From: Vulcanisaeta distributa DSM 14429
GTDB taxonomy: Archaea; Thermoproteota; Thermoprotei; Thermoproteales; Thermocladiaceae
Assembly (NCBI RefSeq): GCF_000148385.1
Contig: NC_014537.1
Coordinates: 1,290,001 to 1,322,000, forward strand
DNA: 32,000 bases
Direction: 5' to 3'
A model generated the notes under the pieces. The model did no database searches and was not told the origin of the DNA. It was given only the letters and a program-made list of their open reading frames with translations. Shown piece by piece: positions 1 to 7,608 of the stretch. Each line of letters opens with the position of its first letter. Position 1 is the first letter of the stretch. The position numbers were made by a program, and so were the translations under genes.

Positions 1-1712
1 CCGTTATTAACCTCCTTGCTGAACTTGTCAATGCCAGTCACCCTATATAGGTTCATTAAAGCAATCAACGCCAGGGAGTTTGGGCTCCAATTCGGCGTGT
101 CTGCAATGGGCTTTATCCTTAGCGTCATTGGCTCATCGGGCATGTCCGTATCGTAGAAACCACCATCTGGCGCCCTAAACTTATCAACTATGTCATTACC
201 GAGCTTAATCGCGAACTCCAGGTACTTCCTATCACCCGTATGACTATACGCCATCAACGCAGCTAGAAGAGTATAGGAATAATCCTCTAGCAAACCTGGT
301 AGCGAAAGAGTGTTGCATCTGAATGCCCTACGTAATCCGTCACTTCTATACATATTATTCATAATGAAGTCGATGATCTTTAATGAATGTTCAATTACGC
401 CGTTAATGCTCATGTAGTCACTAGCCATTGTATACGCAATAGCCATGGCTGAGGACCAGCCTGCGTATATCGTGGTATCTATTCGAGGGCTCTTTCTCTG
501 TCTTCTTGCATTAATCATCTTACTTATTGCGGAGTTAAGCAATGACCTAGCCATATTAATGCTGATGCCCAACTTATTAGCGACCTCCTCAATACTTAAC
601 GCTCTATGCAGGACAGCCTTCTCATTACCCCGAAACTTAAATATGCCGAAGTACCAATAAATAATGTTAAACTCATCATTCGATAGTAACCCCCTCAACT
701 CATCAACACTCCACTTATAGTAGCCACCCTCATCCTTAAAATCAACATCGGCATCCTGACTGGCGTAGTAACCGCCGTCTGGGTTTGCCAACGTATCATT
801 AACGTAATTAATAATGCCCACCCCAATTTCTCGTAACTCATCATCCATGGTAATGGCGTATGCCTCGGAATAATTCATTAGAAGCTCGGCATTATCAATG
901 AGTAACTTCTCAAAGTGTGGTATCAACCAACCACTATCCACGGAATACCTATGGAAACCACCACCCAACTGATCATAAATACCGCCCCTCCCCATCCTTA
1001 TTAATGTTTCACGTACAATATTGATTAAGGCGCTACCCGTGTAGAAGCCCCTATAAAGTAATAGTGCGTGGTACGTGACCTGGGGAAACTTAGGCGCCAT
1101 TCCGAAACCGCCATGCTCATTGTCGTACATATCCACGATCTTAACCACCACATCATCCACAACACCAATGTCCAAATTATCAGTGACGGTGGAGACGTAG
1201 GAGCTTGTTATTGCATTGCTAATCTCCCTAATTAGTTCACCTATCTGATCCCTCCTACTTCTATAGGCGTCTAGTACGGCCCTTAATACCCTAACCATAC
1301 CAGGTAAGCCCATGCCATCCCTAGGCGGGAAGTAGGTACCGGCGTAGATAACCTCACCCTTAGGCGTTGCGAAGACTGTCAACGGCCATCCACCCTGCCC
1401 AGCAATTAATAATGCAGCCTCCTGATACCTCCTATCAATATCGGGTCTCTCATCCCTATCCACCTTAATTGGTATGAAGTAATCATTTATTAATTGGACA
1501 ACCTCCGGATCCTTATACGTGGTCTCATCCATAACATGGCACCAGTGGCACCACCCAGCACCAATGTCAATTAGTAATGGCTTATCCTCATTTATGGCCT
1601 TCTCAAAGGCCTTAGCACACCAACCCCACCACTTTACCGGGCTGTTCAGAGCCTCAAGTACGTAGGGTGACCGTGATTGTGAAAGACATTGAATCCTCTC
1701 ATCAATATCCAT
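1..1712 (-). CDS. Thioredoxin-domain protein of the DUF255/YyaL family, C-terminus cut by the window edge
   Basis: Absent from the supplied ORF track because it runs off the left edge. Manual minus-strand translation from ATG (1712-1710) stays open to position 1: MDIDERIQCLSQSRSPYVLEALNSPVKWWGWCAKAFEKAINEDKPLLIDIGAGWCHWCHVMDETTYKDPEVVQLINDYFIPIKVDRDERPDIDRRY... It has a WCHWCH thioredoxin-like CxxC, followed by GGFHRYSVD..W.IPHFEKLLIDNAELL and LEDYSYTLLA segments typical of this family's alpha/alpha-toroid domain. Confidence 0.8.
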   Translation of the reverse strand, partial: MDIDERIQCLSQSRSPYVLEALNSPVKWWGWCAKAFEKAINEDKPLLIDIGAGWCHWCHVMDETTYKDPEVVQLINDYFIPIKVDRDERPDIDRRYQEAALLIAGQGGWPLTVFATPKGEVIYAGTYFPPRDGMGLPGMVRVLRAVLDAYRSRRDQIGELIREISNAITSSYVSTVTDNLDIGVVDDVVVKIVDMYDNEHGGFGMAPKFPQVTYHALLLYRGFYTGSALINIVRETLIRMGRGGIYDQLGGGFHRYSVDSGWLIPHFEKLLIDNAELLMNYSEAYAITMDDELREIGVGIINYVNDTLANPDGGYYASQDADVDFKDEGGYYKWSVDELRGLLSNDEFNIIYWYFGIFKFRGNEKAVLHRALSIEEVANKLGISINMARSLLNSAISKMINARRQRKSPRIDTTIYAGWSSAMAIAYTMASDYMSINGVIEHSLKIIDFIMNNMYRSDGLRRAFRCNTLSLPGLLEDYSYTLLAALMAYSHTGDRKYLEFAIKLGNDIVDKFRAPDGGFYDTDMPDEPMTLRIKPIADTPNWSPNSLALIALMNLYRVTGIDKFSKEVNN

Positions 1713-1784
1713 TAATTCAATGTATATATACGTGTTAAAAAGGGTGCCTACTAAGTTTAGTAAATACTAACACGGCATTGGTAG

Positions 1785-2702
1785 TCAAGGTTCCTCGCCA
1801 CGTTTAATTGGGGCACCACGACTTATCCAATCAAGCCAGGAACCAAGGTAAACCCTAACCTTACTAAAGCCAAGTAACTCTGTTAAGGCAAACCACACAA
1901 GGGCCGACCTACCGCCAGTCCTACAATAAAGTATTATGTTGTCATTTTGTGAAAGTCCGTACCTATCAACCACCTTCACAATCTCATCACGATCCCTAAA
2001 CCTATTGGTTCTGGGTTCGAGAAATAGATTCCAGGGCATGTTAATGGCGCCTGGTATATGGCCCCAAATATCCACGTCACTACCCATGTACTCACAGGGA
2101 GACCTAACATCAATAAGTAGCGTATCACCGCCAATATTTCCATTGGTAACCAGCTCGTATACTTGATCGAAATTGACGAAATAATCCTTAAGATTAACAA
2201 CTACATTCAACCAATCCCTTTGATTGAAATTACTGCTATACACGTGTCCATTACATGTGCATAGAGGGCCCTTATGTATTAGCCAATTTACCTTACCACC
2301 GTTAAGCAATGATATGTGTTTAAAACCAAGAGCCTTTAATACCATGTAGGCTAATGCCGCGTGCCTATTATCAATCTCATCAAGAAGCACGATATGCCTA
2401 TCCCGGGTTATGCCCTTAACGGCTAAATCCATGATTAATGCTTCATAATCCCTTATAATGCCCACATCACGTAATAAATCACCATAAAGTCTTAACAATG
2501 TTGAACCAGGTATATGCCAACTGAGGTATCCAGCCCCTGGATTCTCGTCTATCTCAACTACGATATAGGGACTAGAAATAAATGAGGCGAAGCCACGATT
2601 AAGATAGCTCAGTATATCCTCCACCTCGGTTAATGACTCCACAAATATGCGATGGTAATACGATTTATAAGTATGGATTATTAGTGCATTTTTTACATAC
2701 AT
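1785..2702 (-). CDS. Tandem-domain rhodanese (thiosulfate/3-mercaptopyruvate sulfurtransferase family)
   Basis: 305-aa ORF. The C-terminal domain carries the catalytic loop YCRTGGRS followed by GSWLDW, and HIPG motifs occur in both domains. It is a paralogue of the 10275..11186 ORF, with the same C-terminal ...IK(R/K)G(E/Q)EP. Confidence 0.8.
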   Translation of the reverse strand: MYVKNALIIHTYKSYYHRIFVESLTEVEDILSYLNRGFASFISSPYIVVEIDENPGAGYLSWHIPGSTLLRLYGDLLRDVGIIRDYEALIMDLAVKGITRDRHIVLLDEIDNRHAALAYMVLKALGFKHISLLNGGKVNWLIHKGPLCTCNGHVYSSNFNQRDWLNVVVNLKDYFVNFDQVYELVTNGNIGGDTLLIDVRSPCEYMGSDVDIWGHIPGAINMPWNLFLEPRTNRFRDRDEIVKVVDRYGLSQNDNIILYCRTGGRSALVWFALTELLGFSKVRVYLGSWLDWISRGAPIKRGEEP

Positions 2703-2800
2703 TTGTATATATCTCTATAAATATGGATATAGATAAGCTAACTGCGCAAAAACTGCATAGTTATCAATAACATATTAAGTTCCGCATTGGTTGTAAATCG

Positions 2801-3259
2801 ATGGCTGAGGAAAGAAAATTGGGCATTGTATTCGCATCGGGTGCCGCAAATAGGATTTGCTGCCTAGTGGTTTATGGCGCAGCTGCACTGGCGGCTGGTT
2901 ATAAGGTAGTCGTTCACCTGGTTAATGAGGGATTGGTCGCCTTTAGGAAGGATGTATTACCAAGACTAAACACCCAGGACCTGGGCGTGACGATAGGACC
3001 GGCTATGTATGTCCCCTACATAGAGACGTACTTAAGGAATTTAAAGAATGCCGTGGAGAAGGGCGAGTTTAAGGACTGGTACTCATACCTGAAGGAGCTT
3101 AAGTCGGTCTATGGCGATAAATTCAAAATATACGCATGCCCACTTGCCGCACAACTCTATAACATAAAGAAGGAGGACTTAGTGGACATAGTGGACGAGA
3201 TTAAGGGTGCGGAGTCATTCCTTGAGGAGGTCTATGGAGGACCGATACTGTATTTATGA
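2801..3259 (+). CDS. DsrE/DsrF-like sulfur-relay family protein (DsrE2/DsrE3-type, 'predicted peroxiredoxin' group)
   Basis: 152-aa ORF. N-terminus KLGIVFASGAANRICCLVVYGAAALAAGYKVVVHL is a Rossmann-like DsrE fold signature. There is a conserved Cys in IYACPLAAQLY. The gene is divergent from a rhodanese. Confidence 0.6.
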   Translation: MAEERKLGIVFASGAANRICCLVVYGAAALAAGYKVVVHLVNEGLVAFRKDVLPRLNTQDLGVTIGPAMYVPYIETYLRNLKNAVEKGEFKDWYSYLKELKSVYGDKFKIYACPLAAQLYNIKKEDLVDIVDEIKGAESFLEEVYGGPILYL

Positions 3260-3308
3260 TGTGAAGTAAATAAAGCCGAATAACATATCTTTAAAAATGA
3301 TCATTATA

Positions 3309-4649
3309 TCACTTGCGTTGTACCTTGAACCCAGGCTTAGTTAATTCCTTAAGGTTAAGGATGTTATCAATCTCATCATCACTAAACCCCAACTCCTTAA
3401 GTACGTCCCTAATGCTGCGGCCCATCATTAATTCCCTGCTCAATTCAGCAGCCTTCTCATAACCTATCATGGGCGTGAGCATGGTTATCAAGGCCAGTGA
3501 TTTCTCAGCATATCTACGCATGACATCCACGTTGGGGGTTAACCCATCAATCACGAGTTTCGTGAACTTCCTAATTCCCTCACTCAATATACTCATCTCC
3601 ATGATTATGTCATAACCAATGACTGGTATACCCATGCTTAACTCAAACTCCCCAAGCATTGAGGCATGCTCAATCGACTTATCGAGGCCCAATACCTGCG
3701 CTATAGCCTGTAAAAGGGACTCCACGGTAACTGGGTTAGTCTTACCAGGCATTATGCTAGACCCAGCAACCTCGCCTTGTGTAGGTATGTCTATCTCATT
3801 AAGCCCTGTGAACGGCCCTGAAAACATTAGCCTAATATCCTGGCCAAGCCTATGAAGGTCCAGTGATAGTGCCTTAATTGCACTTGATAACATTACTAAA
3901 TCGGTGAGTAATTTCATAGACATGAACGGGTTAACCCTTACGAAATCCAGCCCAGTTACCTCATTAATTACCTTAACAACCTCATCACCAAATCTTGGAT
4001 GCGTATTAAAGCCAGTACCGACCGCGGTACCACCAATTGGTAATCCCTTAACGAAGTTGATGGTATAATCGAGTAATTGAACGTCACGCAAAAACGCATC
4101 TAGGTAACCGGATAATTCCTGACCAAGGGTTACCGGCAACGCATCCCTTAAGTGTGTTCTACCGGGCTTAACAATATCACTAAACTCATTGACCTTCCTA
4201 CGTAGTGAGACTATTAAATCATTAATTGCAGGCCTTAATGACTCCACGTACTCCATAACTGCGGCAACCCTAATGGCCGTGGGCACAACATCATTTGATG
4301 ATTGGCCAAGGTTCACGTGATCGTTGGGATGCACCTTAACACCGAGATCCAAATATGCGTGCTTAGCGATGACCTCATTAATATTCATGTTTAAGCCGGT
4401 GCCAGAACCGGTTTGATACACGTCAAGTATTACCTCATCATCATACTTACCACTCATTAATTCTTGGGAGACCCTCATTATTGCACTACCAACATCACTA
4501 CTTAATAGCCCAAGCTCCACATTAACCTTGGCTGCGGCATACTTAATGAGCCCCATCGCCCATATTATCCTACGCGGAAACCTAGTACCCGTGTCCAGGT
4601 AGAGATCCCTCGCCTTCTCTACAAACTCCACAATAATAAATTCAGGCAT
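3309..4649 (-). CDS. fumC: Class II fumarate hydratase (fumarase/aspartase superfamily)
   Basis: 446-aa ORF. It has the superfamily signature GSSIMPGKTNPV, and YQTGSGTGLNMNINEVIA (QTGSGT favours fumarase over aspartase). Confidence 0.75.
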   Translation of the reverse strand: MPEFIIVEFVEKARDLYLDTGTRFPRRIIWAMGLIKYAAAKVNVELGLLSSDVGSAIMRVSQELMSGKYDDEVILDVYQTGSGTGLNMNINEVIAKHAYLDLGVKVHPNDHVNLGQSSNDVVPTAIRVAAVMEYVESLRPAINDLIVSLRRKVNEFSDIVKPGRTHLRDALPVTLGQELSGYLDAFLRDVQLLDYTINFVKGLPIGGTAVGTGFNTHPRFGDEVVKVINEVTGLDFVRVNPFMSMKLLTDLVMLSSAIKALSLDLHRLGQDIRLMFSGPFTGLNEIDIPTQGEVAGSSIMPGKTNPVTVESLLQAIAQVLGLDKSIEHASMLGEFELSMGIPVIGYDIIMEMSILSEGIRKFTKLVIDGLTPNVDVMRRYAEKSLALITMLTPMIGYEKAAELSRELMMGRSIRDVLKELGFSDDEIDNILNLKELTKPGFKVQRK

Positions 4650-4872
4650 ATATTTAATAATGCGATTGCTGAGTTCGCGAATCTAAACTGTAAAGGTACG
4701 TCTTAAGAATGCATGAACTATGACAAAAATCTTCGAAGTATACCTATTAAGACACATCATATGTTTAACGGTATTATAAAATACTATAAATATGTATAGA
4801 AGCTAATATTTTTGTTCATAATTTAAGATAAATAAATACAGTTTTATTAATATCAGGAACGCATGCATTAAC

Positions 4873-5787
4873 GTGAGGAAGACAGCCATTCACATAATTA
4901 GGGGTAACTGGACAAGGGATGGAGCAGGCGTTAAGCTATATAGGGTATTTGGCGATCCACGTATTGCCGAGATAACAGACCCATTTCTACTCCTTGATCA
5001 TTTCGGCTCAAGAGATCCTAATGACTATATGATGGGGTTTCCATGGCATCCGCACAGGGGTATTGAAACAGTGACCTATTTATTGAATGGGGAGGTTCAC
5101 CATAGGGATAGTACAGGGAATGAGGGGATTATTGGTCCTGGGGATGCCCAGTGGATGACCGCCGGCAGTGGTATCTTCCATGAAGAGATGCCAAAGCCCA
5201 TTAGAAAAGTTACATTGGATGGCAATGAGATTTACGACACGGAGGTTAACGGCTTTCAACTTTGGGTAAACCTACCCAGCAAGTATAAGATGAGGGTTCC
5301 TAAGTACAGGAACGTCCTCAGGAAGCACATACCAGTGGTTGAGTTGGAGAGTGGTGGTAGGGCCGTGATTATTGCGGGAAGAATTAGGGTGAGTGGTTAT
5401 GGGATTGTTGAGGGACCAGTTAATGACTTAACAACACCAATACATTACCTAGATGTTCAATTGCCCGAGGAGTCAACCTTCAATTACGAAGTTAATGATG
5501 GATATACCGCATTGATTTATATGGTTGATGGTGAAGCATCCCTTGATCAGTGGCACGTTGCTAAACGCGGGGAGCTCGTTGTCCTAACAAGAGATGGGGA
5601 TGAGGTTATAGTGAAAACAGGCGAGAAGCCCGCCAGATTCTTATTAATGGCTGGTAGGCCTATCGGTGAGCCAATTGCGTGGTATGGACCCATAGTAATG
5701 AATACCTGGGATGAAATAAGAAGGGCCTTTGATGAGCTGCGAAGGGGTACGTTCATTAAGGCAAGGCCTGAAGTCCAGGATTATTAA
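4873..5787 (+). CDS. Pirin-family bicupin protein
   Basis: 304-aa ORF with a GTG start. The metal-binding region FPWHPHRGIETVTYLLNGEVHHRDSTGN is characteristic of pirins. Confidence 0.85.
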   Translation: MRKTAIHIIRGNWTRDGAGVKLYRVFGDPRIAEITDPFLLLDHFGSRDPNDYMMGFPWHPHRGIETVTYLLNGEVHHRDSTGNEGIIGPGDAQWMTAGSGIFHEEMPKPIRKVTLDGNEIYDTEVNGFQLWVNLPSKYKMRVPKYRNVLRKHIPVVELESGGRAVIIAGRIRVSGYGIVEGPVNDLTTPIHYLDVQLPEESTFNYEVNDGYTALIYMVDGEASLDQWHVAKRGELVVLTRDGDEVIVKTGEKPARFLLMAGRPIGEPIAWYGPIVMNTWDEIRRAFDELRRGTFIKARPEVQDY

Positions 5788-5842
5788 TGGGGTTAAGGTA
5801 ATGAAAATGAAAAAGAATAAATTCAATACTTAAGCGATATAT

Positions 5843-6226
5843 ATGATGAGTACTAATAATTTAAATGATGCCATGCTTACGACGTTAGAATCCCTATTTA
5901 GTGCATTAGCTGATAGGACTAGGCTTGAGATTGTGCTATTTATAATGAGAAACGGAAAGGCATCAGTACAGGAAATAGCCCGTGGCATTAATAAGTCACA
6001 ATCATTAGTGTCTCATCACTTAGCCTGCCTTAGGAACTGCGGTATAGTTAAGACAGAGAGGAAGGGTAAGTACGTTTACTACTCATTACTAGATAATGAG
6101 GTTGTAAGTATAATTAAGTTGGCCGTGGAACACGCAATGAAGTTTAGCCAATCAATATTAGCGTGTGAAATAATTAATGAGGAGAAAAATAGAAATGAGA
6201 TAGAAACTCGGGTAAACCTTACTTAG
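5843..6226 (+). CDS. ArsR/SmtB-family metalloregulator (candidate archaeal-type MerR)
   Basis: 127-aa ORF. LADRTRLEIVLFIMRNGKASVQEIARGINKSQSLVSHHLACLRNCGIVKTERKGKYVYYSL is the canonical ArsR wHTH. The gene lies 1.2 kb upstream of merH-merA. Confidence 0.8.
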   Translation: MMSTNNLNDAMLTTLESLFSALADRTRLEIVLFIMRNGKASVQEIARGINKSQSLVSHHLACLRNCGIVKTERKGKYVYYSLLDNEVVSIIKLAVEHAMKFSQSILACEIINEEKNRNEIETRVNLT

Positions 6227-6229
6227 TAA

Positions 6230-6790
6230 TTAACCAACTCCCACTACATCTAATAGACCATTTATGGTGTTTGATAAGTCAACATTACTATAAATTATCC
6301 TTCCATTGGGAGATATTAAATAGTAGATGTCTGGATAACCATGCGGATCATATGCTTCAGTCATTTCAAGGCTTGCATAACCTATTATGAACAGCCTTGA
6401 ATTATTACCCGCAAAGTAGTTAACGAATATACCTACTGGCGTTCCTGAGTAGCCTAAATCATTGTATGGTTCGAGTATTATGACCGTGACATTCCTCGCG
6501 GCTAATAACTGCGCATAATGACTTAGCGTGAGAACACCGTATGCGCAACTACTACACCAAGTGGCTGCGAAGTAGAGTAATACGTAGTGTCCGTGGTGAA
6601 GGAAATCCGATAGATTCACCGTGGTTCCATTATCCAGCGTAAACTGCGCATTTGGTGCGTAATCACCTACTTTTATTCCTACCTTGACCACTGATGAATT
6701 ATATAGTACAATTATAAGACTTAATGTAACCACGGTAAGTATTACCATGATTATTACGTATAAGAGAATGCGGGTATTCACGGTCATCAC
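6230..6790 (-). CDS. Signal-anchored thioredoxin-fold thiol:disulfide oxidoreductase (TlpA/ResA-like)
   Basis: 186-aa ORF. It has an N-terminal hydrophobic anchor, then GDYAPNAQFTL..G..V.LSDF..GHYVLLYFAATWCSSC (redoxin pattern with WCxxC). Its start (GTG 6790 or ATG 6787) overlaps the stop of the upstream membrane-protein gene. Confidence 0.7.
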   Translation of the reverse strand: MMTVNTRILLYVIIMVILTVVTLSLIIVLYNSSVVKVGIKVGDYAPNAQFTLDNGTTVNLSDFLHHGHYVLLYFAATWCSSCAYGVLTLSHYAQLLAARNVTVIILEPYNDLGYSGTPVGIFVNYFAGNNSRLFIIGYASLEMTEAYDPHGYPDIYYLISPNGRIIYSNVDLSNTINGLLDVVGVG

Positions 6791-7296
6791 CTAATGATTG
6801 AACAAAAACATAGTCTCTTAGATGATAGATACAGGGAATAATATGCAAGTATCAGCGCCAAAAACATTATAATAGGATCCCACTCGGCTATGAAACCCAT
6901 TATCTTACCATTAATGGTTATGGCTATTAATGAACCGCCTAACGTGGAAATCAACATGGGTATGACTGTACTACAACATAGGCTTGGCATAATACCTATT
7001 ATTGAAGCGGCTGCACTAAGTCTAATGCCCACCGGGCGCATTCTATGACTATAACTATATATGCTGATTGCAATTGATATACTTAGGGCCCAGGATAGAG
7101 CTAGGGAATAAACTATGGAATAAATGACATAGTAATTACCAAAAAATAAGAAGCCAGTATCTGATTGAATGAGAATAAATGAGTATGTTAATGATAATAC
7201 TATGAAAAATACCGTGGTTAATAAAGCATACTTAACGTCATGAAAGATCATAGCCCAAACCTTGAATATATAATTTGAGCCTAAGCGTTTGGCCAT
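6787..7296 (-). CDS. Polytopic membrane protein with an intramembrane vicinal Cys pair (LCCSTVIP) and a C-terminal CFC; function unknown
   Basis: 169-aa ORF with roughly 5 hydrophobic segments. The motif MPSLCCSTVIPMLISTLGG lies inside a hydrophobic helix. The gene is translationally coupled to the thioredoxin-like gene and divergent from merH-merA. Confidence 0.6.
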   Translation of the reverse strand: MAKRLGSNYIFKVWAMIFHDVKYALLTTVFFIVLSLTYSFILIQSDTGFLFFGNYYVIYSIVYSLALSWALSISIAISIYSYSHRMRPVGIRLSAAASIIGIMPSLCCSTVIPMLISTLGGSLIAITINGKIMGFIAEWDPIIMFLALILAYYSLYLSSKRLCFCSIIR

Positions 7297-7336
7297 CGTG
7301 CTTTCCTATATTTCGGTGTTTTTAAATTATTCTCAC

Positions 7337-7356
7337 ATATGAATATTTGTTCATAT
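7337..7356. promoter_or_regulatory. Inverted repeat ATATGAA-N6-TTCATAT (TGAA-N6-TTCA core), candidate ArsR-family operator in a bidirectional promoter
   Basis: The 7-bp arms are perfect (7337-7343 and 7350-7356). The repeat sits about 10 bp from an A/T box on each side: TTTTTAAATT at 7317-7326 for the minus-strand gene and TTTATAAATA at 7366-7375 for merH. Confidence 0.5.
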
Positions 7357-7401
7357 TTAGAAAGATTTATAAATATTCGTTCTTAGCGTTGTGGGAGGAA
7401 T

Positions 7402-7575
7402 ATGGGTAAGCTTAGATCAAGTATAAGTGGTGGGGATAAATTGGTCTGTGAGAATTGTGGTGTTGAATTAACACCTGAGAGGATATATGTGCATGAAATT
7501 AACGGAATTAAGCATTACTTTTGCTGTGAGCATTGTGCCCATGAGTTTGAACGTAAATTGAGGACTGTCCATTAA
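7402..7575 (+). CDS. merH: TRASH-domain metallochaperone-like small protein (MerH-like)
   Basis: 57-aa ORF, below the ORF-track cut-off: MGKLRSSISGGDKLVCENCGVELTPERIYVHEINGIKHYFCCEHCAHEFERKLRTVH. It matches the TRASH pattern C-x2-C-x19-22-C-x3-C (C16, C19, C41, C45). GGAGG lies 4 nt upstream of the ATG, and the ORF ends 33 nt before merA. Confidence 0.7.
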   Translation: MGKLRSSISGGDKLVCENCGVELTPERIYVHEINGIKHYFCCEHCAHEFERKLRTVH

Positions 7576-7608
7576 TGGTGCTACTTAATAAGTAATAATG
7601 GTGGATAG

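Noticed and set aside
445-660. 71-aa plus-strand ORF from the track
   Set aside because: It lies antisense inside the well-supported DUF255 thioredoxin-domain CDS (1..1712, minus strand). It is low-complexity and hydrophobic with no motif, so it is a shadow ORF.
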